Assembly (NCBI GenBank): GCA_964450385.1
Contig: CAYVEC010000004.1
Location: 22,148-86,147 of the forward strand
Source of the DNA: an uncultured Planctomycetales bacterium
GTDB taxonomy: Bacteria > Omnitrophota > Gorgyraeia > Zapsychrales > JANLHA01
Length of the DNA: 64,000 bases
Direction: 5' to 3'
Both the position numbers and the translations under genes were made by a program. Shown here piece after piece: positions 48,801-60,800 of this stretch; position 1 is the first letter of the stretch, and each line of letters begins with the position of its first letter. The notes beneath the pieces were generated by a model. That model had not been told where the DNA came from. It saw nothing but the letters and a program-made list of their open reading frames with translations, and did not search any database.

Positions 48801-51800
48801 GGTGGATAACGGCGAATATGCCTTGAATAAGTACAACAATAAGACGATCGTCTCGACCATCGATCCTAAAAAGGGCGACCGCATTGCTGAGGAAGATTTG
48901 TCATTCGATTACGAAGCCGGGGCGAGTTGGGTTCCTAAAACGTCAAAGTGGGCGAATGCCACGCGATTTATCGAGAAGTTTTTAATGGATCGAGGACATG
49001 ATGACGCCATGGTCTTTAACCTTGACCGCGATCAGTTCTTCTCTCCGGCAGACTGGTTCTTGTTGCCCTTGGTGAACATCCAGTTTTCAGAGGATCCCAC
49101 GAAGGGCGCGGTCATGACGCGGATGGAAGATAAGGTGAGCTTTGTCGGTGACGTGGCCGCAGATCATAAGGTCGCGGAGGATGTCTGGAACCTCCGCGTC
49201 TTAGGAGCAGAGAGCCACATCGGGACACATTCGTTTTATGGTCCCGGGATCGTCCGTTGGAGGGTCATGGGGCAGTGGGGCGCGTATTTTACGAATATCG
49301 AGGATACCGGTGCCGCGCACGAGGCCCAGATGCTCGGCTATCGGATGGAATTCTGTCCGGAGATCCTGTTCGGGCGTCCGCGCGAGATGGTCCAGTCGTC
49401 GATCCTTGCCTTCCAGATGAGATTCGGCGGCCTGGTGCTCGACGAATTTTTGAGCACGCACAATCAGCGCTATATGTTATCTGATCAGCTTCATTGGACA
49501 GAAAAGCTCACGATCTTCCAGAATTTCGATTTCTATTTTAACAAACCCATGGTCACGATTTTCAATGTGTTGATTTTTATCTTTTCCATGTTTTTGCCTC
49601 TGGCCCCGTTTGCCTATTTTGCTCTTCCGCTGTTCTTTGTCATGATCCAGTATGTTATGGCAGAGGCGATCACGGCAGGTGGCGTGCGGCTCTTTACGAG
49701 CAAGTATGGGCTGGTCAAGGGGATCCTGAAGTATCTGGGCCGTATGTGGAGCATTGTCTTTACCTTTGGCGTCCTGGTTCCGCTTCATGATGAAAAGACC
49801 CGCGGGGCCCATGAGGGGACGGCCGGGTTGTTCAGCGGCGGCGTTAAAGACATTATTTATCCGCTCGCGACGTTTGAGGAATTGTACAACAAATATCGAA
49901 CGTCTATCCGCGTCGGCATGATGCTCTTGGCGATCATTGGGTTCGCGCCGGCGCATCCTTTGGCCATGGCGACGCAATGGTTTTTCTATCTTTTGCCGAT
50001 CGTCTTTATCTATGGCGGATTCATGAAGAACGGTTATAAGAGACGGGGCGTAACGGTCAGCATGGTCTCGTCCTTGGCGATTTATCTTGTTTTAGGCGGG
50101 GTGTCTGTGTTCGGCGTTATGGCGATCCCCGGGATCGTGATCGGCGCGGCCATGATGATTCCGTGGCTGGTCGTTCTTGTGTCTCAATTCATGAAGAATA
50201 AAGGGAATGTTAAGGCCACGTTCGAATATTTCTCGAGAGATCAAAAGATCCGCGGGATCGCCCACGGGACCATGGCAGCGCTTCTGATGGCAGTTGAGAT
50301 CTCCTTACAGCTTGTCTTTGCGGTCGCGGCCTTTGTAGACGCCGTTGGAACCATTCTCCTCAGCGCCGCGTTCTGGAAGGGGCAGATGGGGATCAAGGGG
50401 GTCATAAAAAATGGCAACGAGAGGTTTAGAAAGCATAATATTTTTGAAGATGTTTTTGCCTGGATATCATTAACGGTCAAGAGCAGCAAGATCGAAAAAG
50501 AGAAGGCGGCTCACTCAGCGTTGTCGATCATGGACTTTTATTTGGGGGCGGATCCTGGGGTGCTTGATACAGCGGTGAAGGGGCTGTGGTTTAATGCAGG
50601 GGCCAAACATGACAATGCGGTCAAATGGAACCGTCGTTATTCGGCTGGCTTCTGGGTGGCTGGGGCTGTTATCGTGGCCGGCCTCATATTCGATGCGGCC
50701 GCCGTGGCCTGGTTAGCCGGAGGGATGTTCGGAGCGATTGTTCTTCTCTACGCCGGGGCGAATATGAAACGCTTCGCATCAGGCAAACGTCCTGAGGCCA
50801 TCTATGGGAAGACCGTCGAGGATACAACAGCGATCAAGGCTGTTAAATTGGCGCTTGTCTATAGTTTAGTCGTGCCGTTCTATTGGCTCAACGAGGCCAT
50901 GAAGTGGCAGATCGCTGGAAAATCGTTGATACACATCATCAACGATCCTTCGGTGGATCAATACGATCGATTAGACGCGGTTAAGGCCTTAGGATCACCG
51001 CTTCTTGGACTTAAGGGCAACCCGATCGTGTTCGAGAAATTTATAACGATCGCTCGAGACGGGAAGGATCTGTATCGTGGGTATCGAGCAGAGACGGTTG
51101 AAAAGATCCGTGTCGCTGCGATCGAGGGGTTGGCCGCGCTTAAATATAAGGACGCTGTTCCTTTGCTTAACCAGTTGGCTGGTTTGAACGAATCTGAAGG
51201 TATACGTGAAGCGGCTGTCAAGGCCCTTCTCGCGTTGAAGGCCTCCCAGGAGCTTCTGATCTCGGTGTTAGAGCATGCTATATCTGATCAGGATGTGAAG
51301 AGTTTGACCAAAAGCAAGGCGCGTGATTTCTTGGCCTGCTTGGATCGGACAGATCCGGTCACGGATGCAGAGTTGTTTGAGGTGGTTTTGGATGAGGAGG
51401 AAGATGCTGCCGCTGCGCCTGAGCAGGGGGCACAGACCGCGGTATCGGCAGAAACAGATGCCAATCGTTCGCAGGCGCCGCCAGCCGGTGAGAATCCTGA
51501 AACGCAGGCTGCGGCCCGGCCCGATACGACCACCGACACGAATCGTTCACAGGGCCCGCCGGCAGACCGTGCGATGATCGTTAAGCACGCTGATCAGGTA
51601 ACGGAAGAGGAGTGGGCGCGCGTTCGTGAGATCAGAGTCTTCACTGAATTTGAAGAACAGACATACCGTTTTCTCCATCCGGATGTTCTTTCCGCTCGAA
51701 AAGGACCGACTTTTATCGTTGAGCGGATCCACAATAAATATAATCAGGGTCTCGATTTAAAAGAGGTAGAGTCAAAGCTTTCCTCTGGATATCCTTTTGT

Positions 51801-54800
51801 CTCGATCCTTGAAGGAGACCAGGTCTGGTTTGATGCCTTGCGTAATGCCGTTCGGTCTGAGGGCAATCCGTCAGGACTTCTGGATGCGGAGGTAACAAGT
51901 ATTTTTGTTGCGCCGCTGGATATCGCTGAAGCCCCTGCCCAGGTGGCGGCGCAGAAGGAGGAGACTTTTGAGGCCGAGGTAAGAAGGGCCAATGAGGACC
52001 GGATCGCGTATGTCTCTGATCAAGAAACAATGGCGATGTTATGGGAAATTCGTATTGTCGGATTTGTGAAGGCCTTTACGAAATTTGATGCTGTCAGGAT
52101 TCAGTCCTTTATTAAACATATTGACTCTGATGCGGTCTCTTCATGCACGATCACTGATGAGGAGCGACGGCACATCTCAGCAGAGATCAGCCGCGTTATC
52201 AGCGAGGATGAGACGATCGCGGATAAAAGGTCTGCTAATCGGACGGCTCAGGATGTCCTTTCCGCGTTGAGCGGCCATGAAATTAAAGTCCTCTTGTTCT
52301 TCCAGCAGGTTCTTTTCACACAGATGCTTCAGCGGTTGGCCCTTCGATCAATGAAGAACAACAAGCCGCTTCCGATGAATCGCCGGACTCCGGACGGAAA
52401 AAAGGCCGATACGATCACGCGCGTCGCCAATTCCTTAAAAGAGATGATCGGCGCGGCGGACTATAAATATACCATTATCAATTCCTATGATCCCACTCTT
52501 CAAAAACTTGAACGGGCCAAGCGGCAATTCTTCGTTTATGTCTTTTCAGACCTGTTGCGGGCTGCTGAGCAGCGCGGGAATCTCCCGGCCGGCAATAGTA
52601 TCGCAGCCCTTCTTGGGCGAATGGCGAATGTTGATGATGAAGAGGCTTGTTGGGCCGCTTTGGATGAGGCGGCACGTCTTCTCGAAGCGGCTGTGAAGAA
52701 CGGATTAGCAGGGTCATCAAAATTGAGCATCTTTTCGGGCCCGTCTGCCGGCGGCAAGGGCGAGATGTGGAGCGCCTGCTGCAGCCGGTATCCGAAGCTG
52801 TTTAGAAAATTAATGCTGTATGCTGATCATGATCGGGAGCCCGATGGCAAGGGACGCCGTTTTGCTTCGGTGACGAAGAACGATGGCGTCCTGTTTGAGG
52901 ATCTTATTGAGTATCTTCGGGCGCCGCAGAACGCGAAACCGAACATCACGGCTTGGGGTCATAAAAAGGTCATTATTGCCGCGGCATCTGTTTTGAAGGG
53001 ACAGCAGTTCATTCGTATTTACACGGCCCTGATGCGGATCTTGTCTAATAAGAAGATGGATCCAAAGGTACTGGCTGGGGTGAAAAAGGCTGTTCCGGTT
53101 TTGATTGCTGCGCTCGCCATTCCTGATCTCACCGGCGTCGTTAAGGACCTTTCCGATAAGTATCAGGGCATCAAGACCACGGCAAAGCTAATCATCTATT
53201 CCGGCCCGCCCGGTGGAGGCAAGAGCCTGGTCTGGGATGGTTTTCAAGCGGGCATGAAAGAACTTTTTGATCGAGGGCTTGTTGATAAGTTTATTTTATT
53301 CCACACGCGAGGTATTCGCCAAGGCGAAACGCAAGGCAAAGAGTATCATTTCCGCACGGAGGCGCATCTAAAGGAATTGGAGAGAAGAGGGCTCATTATT
53401 ACGGCGGTCGTTAATGACCAGCTGCAGGGCTTAGCTTTGGTAGATTTTGAGGATGAATTTGACGATCCTACTCAGGGCGGGGTGACGAATAAAGCGCAGA
53501 TCGCGGGCTTGGCATCAAAACTCATTCAGGATAAGATCACCATCCTCGAGGGCGGATTGGGGTGGTTTGATCAATTAAATGTGTTTTTTGCGGATCGGAT
53601 GGCTTCCCGGAGCGAGTTTGCGGGTGTCAATAATGATGGATTGATGAGCATTTTTGTCTCGCCTTTTACAGAAGACAGGATTAAGGAGATTGAAAAGGCG
53701 CACGCGGATGAGATCGTGAAGATGCAGCGAGGATATGAGCGGGGGATCGCGTTGCACGAAGAGGAGTATCAGGCCGCGGTGGCCAGGCAGGCTATCCTGA
53801 AACCGGAAATTGAATCGTTGATCGCTCAGGGCAGAGAGGCATTAGCAGCAGCGTGGCCGAATTTAAAAACACGGATGTTTGATATGATGGGTCACGCCGC
53901 CTTTGATGAGGATGTTCAGGCGGCCAGTAAATCGGCGACGGGCAAGGACGAGAGCGCAACGAAAGAGGGCGCTCTACGCATGGCGTCACAGCGTGAAACC
54001 GTTATTCGTATTCATAAGAGAGAAACGGGTGAGGCTAAAAAAGTCATTGACACTGTCGAGCAGATGATTAAAAACGGTGAACTCGACAAGATACAGGGGT
54101 TATTGGGAAAGACAGACACTATTCGCAAGGTTCTGTATACGCCGATCAAGGAAAAGGAATTAAGAGATCGTGCCGCTGAGGCCGGAACGCAGGTTATTCG
54201 GCGCGGTGATTATCATACCCGTCTTTATAATATCTTTAAAAAGACGGACGACGAAGTTAAGAAATTAAAGCTCGAGCTGGGTACTGATTTTGCGATTGCC
54301 GCCCTCGTGAATTTATATCAAAAAATGGAAGCCCTAAAGGCCCGTCGTCAAAATACCCCTGACCAGCATGCAGAGGCCCGTCAACAGACGGTTGCCAACA
54401 ATCCTGATGTTCACGCTCCTCCGGCGCAGGCCCAGGGCGCAGAGCGCGCACCTCAGCCCCGCTCGCAGGACAGGGGCATGCTGGGCAGGGCGGATCGGCG
54501 CGAGAATCGCTCAGACGCTGCTCGGCCGATTCCTAATCGGTCGATGCCGCAGGCAGAGGTTGTGACCGCCGAGATCGCACGACATGATTTAAACACATTT
54601 ATTGCCTTAGGGCCGAATAACGCGATGGTCAAGTTAGCCATGTCGATGCTCCGTGCGGTCGGCAAGGGCGAGAAGGCGGATAAGCTCGAATGGATGTCGA
54701 GGGCCGGATTGGTCCGGGCGGGCCCGGTTGAAGGGATCCTGGCCACAACAGCGGCCATTAATGGCTTAGAGGCGATTGTCCTTTCGAATGCGTATCCGGC

Positions 54801-57800
54801 ATACAACACAATTATTGAGCATGCTTTAAGTCTTGTCCACGAGATCGGGGCCGTTGCGCCATTTTATGTTGATCACGCCGGTAATGAGCTGCGCGAATTT
54901 ACCGCCCGCAGTTGGTTGCATCGAGATGAAAATGGGCGGAAGGCGGCAGAAGCGGCCATGCAGGATCCGGCGTTTTCTGCTTTTGTTGGGCTTGAGATCG
55001 CCAAGAGGATTCACAGCCGCGAGGTAAAGGAGGCGGATAAGGTCGCGACGCGATCACGAGAGAATCAGGCGGCGGGCAAGAAGGCGCAGAAATTTTATGT
55101 TCCGACGCCTCAAAAAGAGTTTGTCAAACGTATCAGTGAGGCCGTTGTGCAGGTTGCTCGGCGGCACGAATATAAGAAGGTCTTGGTGAACACGTGGGCT
55201 AACAGCGAGGCTGAATATGAGGAGCTGATCGAGCGGCTGACCGAGGAGTTCGCGCTGACGATTTTCCGCAACATCGCCCGTGCTGTCGGGATGACAGGGA
55301 TCGATCATTTATCGGCAAAGGACCTGGCAGACAGGATCCGCGTGATCGATCTGAGTCAATATGATACGATCGCAAAATTTGTGATTTACAGCGGTCCGCC
55401 TGGCGGCGGCAAGGGGGCAGTATGGGATCGGTTTGAAGAGTTATATGGCGATATGATCAGTAAGTTTGTCTTGTTCCATACGCGCAATATTCGCGACGGC
55501 GAGCAGATGGGCAGGAATTATCATTATCGTAATGAGCAGGCACTTGATGATCTGGCCGTCCAAGGAAAGATCATCACCGCTTTAATTAATGGACAAAAAC
55601 AAGGGATGGCGATCAAAAGTTTTTCTGATCAATATTCATACATTGATCCGCAAACGAAAAAACAATATGACGGGACGGCAGACGTCTTCGGGCTGGAAGG
55701 GGTCTTTAAAGGAAATAAAATTGTGGTGTTGGAATGCGGACTGGCGTGGTTCGAAGCGCTTTATAAGCAGTACGATGACGAATTGACGAGCATTTTTATC
55801 TCGCCGTTCAGCGATCGGGAGATCGAGGATGCGGTGAATGATATGGAGAAAAGCAGGGCCGCCTTTATTGGTCTAGAGATTGCAAAACGCATTCACAGCA
55901 GGGAGGTCAAGGAGGCAGAGGTGGTGGCGAAAGAGAACGCCCTCAAACAGGAGAAAGACGAGGCGATCTCGAAATTCTATCTGCCTACCCCGCAGAAGGA
56001 ATTTGTTAATCGGATCATTGAGGCCTCGGTCCAGGTGGCCCGCCGTCATGAATATCAGGAGGCCCTTGTTAATACGTGGGCCCATAGCGAGGCAGAATAT
56101 GTGGCTATGATCGAGCGATTGACGGAGCAATTCGCCGTAACTATTTTCCGAAAGATCGCGGATGCGGTCGGGATTCCGTACACACCATCGACAACGGCCC
56201 ACGAGCTCGCCGAGCGGATCCGAGCCGTCGATCTAAGCCAGTATGACACGATCGCGAAATTCGCGATCTATAGCGGACCGCCCGGCGGAGGGAAGGGCGC
56301 GGTCTGGGATCGGTTCAAAGAGCTTTATGGTGACATGGTGGATAAATTTGTTCTCTTCCATACACGGAACATCCGCAAGGGTGAAAAGATGGGCGTGAAT
56401 TATCATTATCGCAATCCAGGCCCATTAAAGTCGTTGGAGCAAGAGGGCGGGGTGATCACGGCGTTAGTGAATGGGCAATTACAGGGTTTGGCGGTTGAGA
56501 GCTTCCAAGACAAGTATGGGTATGTTGATCCCCAGTCTGGCGAGAGACATGAGGGTGAGACGTTCATCTCCGGGCTCGATCGAGTCTTTGCCGGAAAGAA
56601 GATCGTCATTCTTGAGTGCGGGCTGGCCTGGTTTGAATCCCTTCACCAGAAGTATGGCGACGCGCTGACGAGTATTTTTATTTCGCCGTTCAGCGATAGC
56701 GAGCTCGCGTGGGCAGAGGAGAGCCTTGTTGATCAACAGAGCCTCCTGACCACGGAAGAGGCTCGAGAGCTGGTTGGATATTTCCATGGTCAAGGCGCAG
56801 AGCTTATTGCCCAGTTGTTCCGGTGGCAGGTTGAGTATTATTTTAAATTAGGAAAGAGCTTAACGCTTGTGCAGATGCTTCAACAGGAGTATTTCGAGCT
56901 CTTGGATGAGAACGGGAACATGACGGGAACTGTCAAGCCGCGCGGGCTGGTCCATTATGACGGCGATTGGCACCGTGATATCCGTGTCATCATGGTGAAT
57001 CATCGCGGTGAAATGCTTATTCAAAAACGTGGGAATCAAAAGGATATTGAGCCTGGTCTTTTTGCAGAGTCAGTAGGGGGGCACACCAAATTAGGCGAGA
57101 GCTATGATCAGAATGTTCATCGTGAGATACGTGAAGAGATCGGCGTTGATCAGATTGATGAACGGCGGCTGGAACGGCTAGGCGTCTTTAAGGACAAAGT
57201 GTTCGGGGCCAGGCACGCGATTAACCGGTCTCACTATGCCGCATATGTGTATGTCATGAACCCGGAGGAAGAGGCGAGGATTGTTATTGATTACGCCGAT
57301 GGGATCGCCGCTGCGTTCTGGGTGCCGATGGCAGAATTGAGGGCCCAGATCCTGGCCGCCCCTGAGGCGTATACAAAATCATTGGTCAATGCGTTCACGG
57401 ATGGTGAGAGTTTTGAAAAACTGTCCGGGTTCGTCGCCCAGGCCGTACATGGCAGGGATTCGGGGATGATCGGCGCCGAGGATGATCAGAGGTCATCGGC
57501 TGTGTCAGGAGGCGGGAAAAAGCTCATTATTTATTCGGGCCCATCCGCTGTCGGCAAGAGCCCGCTTTGGGAGCAGGTCGCGAGGCGGTATCCGGGGGTT
57601 TTTGAACGGGTCGTTCTCTATCATTCACGACTGCCCCGGGCCGGAGAGATCGATGGTGTTCATTATAAATTTACGACGCCCGAGCACATTCGCGATGTTT
57701 TGATACGGACGCCTACCTTTATTGATATTGAGCTCAATGGAGAGCTACACGGCCTGGATATCCGAGATGTCGATGCGGCGATCGCCGGGAACAAGATCGG

Positions 57801-60800
57801 CGTGGCCGAGACGTGTGTCGCATTAGCGCAAAAACTCAAAGAGCGGTATCCCGCGATCGTGTTTACGATCTTTATTTCTCCGTTAACGGATGAGGAGATC
57901 GAACGCCGGAAGGCCGAGGGGGGCAAGACAGAGGAAGAGGTGATTTATGAGGAGATGCGGCGGCGGCAAGAAGAGCGGAACCGGGAGATCCCGATCGAAG
58001 AGAAAAAGCGGGAGGCGCGGGCCCGAACGGCTGTGACAGAAATGGCGCGTCGGCATGATTATGATGCGATGATCGTCATCTCGGATCTGCGTGATATTAA
58101 GGCTCATGCGGATCGCTGGCAGGGAGAAGAGGGGTCGGCCCTCGTTGAGCATTTTATGGGATTGGTCAGAACCGCGGCAGGGATCACCGTCGGTGGGGCA
58201 GGGGAGGCGGAGACAGATCAGGGGATGATATCAGAAGGGGATCAGGCGCTCGTTGAGGATATAGTGACGGTTCTTTCTTGGAGTGCGGAACGACAAACAA
58301 TTCCAAACGGATTTGATCTTTTGTGGATTATGGGCTCACCGAATCGCAGGACCCCAGGGACAGCGATCCAAATTTTAAAGCATCACCCTGAGGCCAAAGT
58401 CCTTATTACGGGCGGTACAGGGAAGAATAATATGCAGACGCCGGAGTGGTTCCTTGCGGGAAGACCTCTTTTTGCAAAGGCGGCTCAATATCTTGATCAG
58501 GCCTTGGATGCCCTGGATAAAATGAGGTCCACAGACGAGGAATTATTCTGGAACATAATGAAAGAGCGTTTTGGCATTTCCCGCGGTGCGGGTTCGGCCA
58601 AAGACCATTCTAATGAGCGATATCGATGGGATATTATTGTGGGACTCAAAGGATATCAGTGCCTCTCTCGATTAAGAAACACAACGATCGAGGAGGCGGT
58701 TTTAGATGACCTGCTTAATAGAGAGACTCGTCCCCATACATTTGTTCCTGAGGCGATGCTCTATTACGCCGTTTTAGCAGCAGAAGGGGTTCCGGAAGAG
58801 AACATGGTCATGGAGTGCCAATCGACGTCTTCGCTTGAGAATATTGAATTTGGCGCCACGTCATTAAAGGTAAACAACATTAGCCCGCGAGATATTGTTC
58901 TGATCCAGCAGGGATATAATCAGCGTCGAGGCAGATTGACGTTTCAAAAGAACTTTCCGAAATTTTTCCCGAATTGGCAAGGGACCGTGACAAGCTGGGC
59001 TGGTCATTTATTTGATGGCAGCGATGGAGCCGATGAATTCGATCTCCATCAAATACGAGATCCAGAGCAATTAGAGTATTGGCGCCAAAGAGCAGTCCGC
59101 GAGGTTGAAAGGATTTTAAATTATGCGGGCCAACATGATGAAAATATTATTGTAAAGGAGCCGGTCCCTGCACAAGTATTTGATGCGGCAAAACGTCTTG
59201 TTGCGGGTAGGGAGAATGAAGGGTGGCACAACGCAGAGCGCGAGTATCGATCATCTAATAATGGGCCCAATAAAGATGAAGGCATGCTGGCCGCTGACGA
59301 TGCAAGAAGAGATGATGGGCTGAAAGGCTTTGGATCGAGCTCTGTCCAGATGCAAACATATTCAGACTTGGCCGGGACATTTGAGGATGATATCACGCTT
59401 GGTGTTCGGGTCGATCAAAAAGGCCCGATCAAGGTAACGGTGCCGGTCCTTAAAGAGAGGCGAAACCCTGTTCGCGAAAAACGAGTTCAGGAGATCGCGG
59501 CGTTATTTAATGAGGCGTTTGTCTTATTAGAGGAGACCGTTTCAACAATAGGGGCGGAAGAGCTGAAGGTGCATTATAGCGGATTATTGGCTCATCCGCA
59601 GAACAAGAGCCCGCCAGCCGATAAGCCTCAGAACATCGTTCGCTTTAGCAGGGAATTGCGTCGCGATTCGGCGCGTTATTTTAATAAGAATGCCCACCGG
59701 GTTGAGTTTATTTTTAATGTGGACTTTATCGATCAATTATTGAGCGGGCATGCGGATCATTCTAAACCCGTTCAGTATATTCTGGCCCAGCGCCTGTTCC
59801 ATGAGATCGGGCACAATAACGACAAAACGAATTTATATGGTCAGGTCCGGGAAGAGTTCGAAATGGTCATCTGGGACCTCAAGCTGTTCGAGCTCTATGA
59901 ACGGATTGGGGCTACCGCAGGGATTAGTGCGTATTATATGCAAGAATTTCCGAACGGCACGGGATTTATCAATCGGACATTTAGGGAATTAGCCAAGACG
60001 AATAGCGACCTGAGGGATCAGGCTCAGCCGCTTTATAAAGCGGTGAAATCGGCCCTAACAGAGATGAATGCGATTGAAGAATTACCGGAGAAAGAGGTAG
60101 GGGCTTTTGTTCAAGAGTTCAGGACCAAATATCCCGCCGTGTATGAAGAGATGGGAGAGGCGGCACGAGTCACCTTTGTCAACATCTTAGAGTGCGTGCG
60201 GCGAGAGACCATTCCTTATGAGGGGGGATACATACGGACCATTATCAAGCTTTCGCGGATGATGAAGGCTAAGCCGGAGCTTTTGCTTCAGTTGAGGGAT
60301 AAGATCGATGAGCTTGAAAGGGTCGAGAATGAGGCGTTGGTGGATTATGTTAAAAATACTCGATCCGTTCATGGGGCCTATGATTTGGCAAATGACGAGG
60401 CTCTGAGGGACAGGGTTCGGGGGCGGGTTGATTATGTACGGGGCAGTTTAATGCCGGCGTTCCAAATACAGTTGCCGGCTGCGCGGCCGTATACATTCTT
60501 GCAGGATTATATGAGCCAGTTAAACATCCGCGCTAATATTGTTGCTGCCGAGAATCTGTTTTATTTGACCGGGACGCAGCAGGTCAGCGTGGTCCCCTGG
60601 CGGCATATTAATCTTCTCAATTTCCGCGGAAATGGCGATGGGACGATTCGTCAATATTTGAATTTCGCGATGAATTGGAGCCAGGCTCTTGGATTCGGGA
60701 TGACACGGGCGGAGAATAATATCGGAGGCCGACAGCGGCCGCACACGCATCCTAATGTCGAGCGCACCCTTTCTCTTTCGGATGATACCTTTGTTGTGAA

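Larger units (their letters stand above)
54950..56730 (+). repeat. Diverged tandem duplication (two units of about 0.9 kb), each encoding a conserved linker plus a GK-like domain
   Basis: Unit A about 54960-55840 and unit B about 55860-56700 align collinearly: GLEIAKRIHSREVKEA.../...FYVPTPQKEFVKRISEAVVQVARRHEYKKVLVNTWANSEAEYEELIERLTEEFALTIFRNIARAVG versus FYLPTPQKEFVNRIIEASVQVARRHEYQEALVNTWAHSEAEYVAMIERLTEQFAVTIFRKIADAVG. Both are followed by the (I/V)YSGPPGGGKGAVWDRF(E/K)ELYGDM...FHTRNIR block, at roughly 70% identity. Confidence 0.7.
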
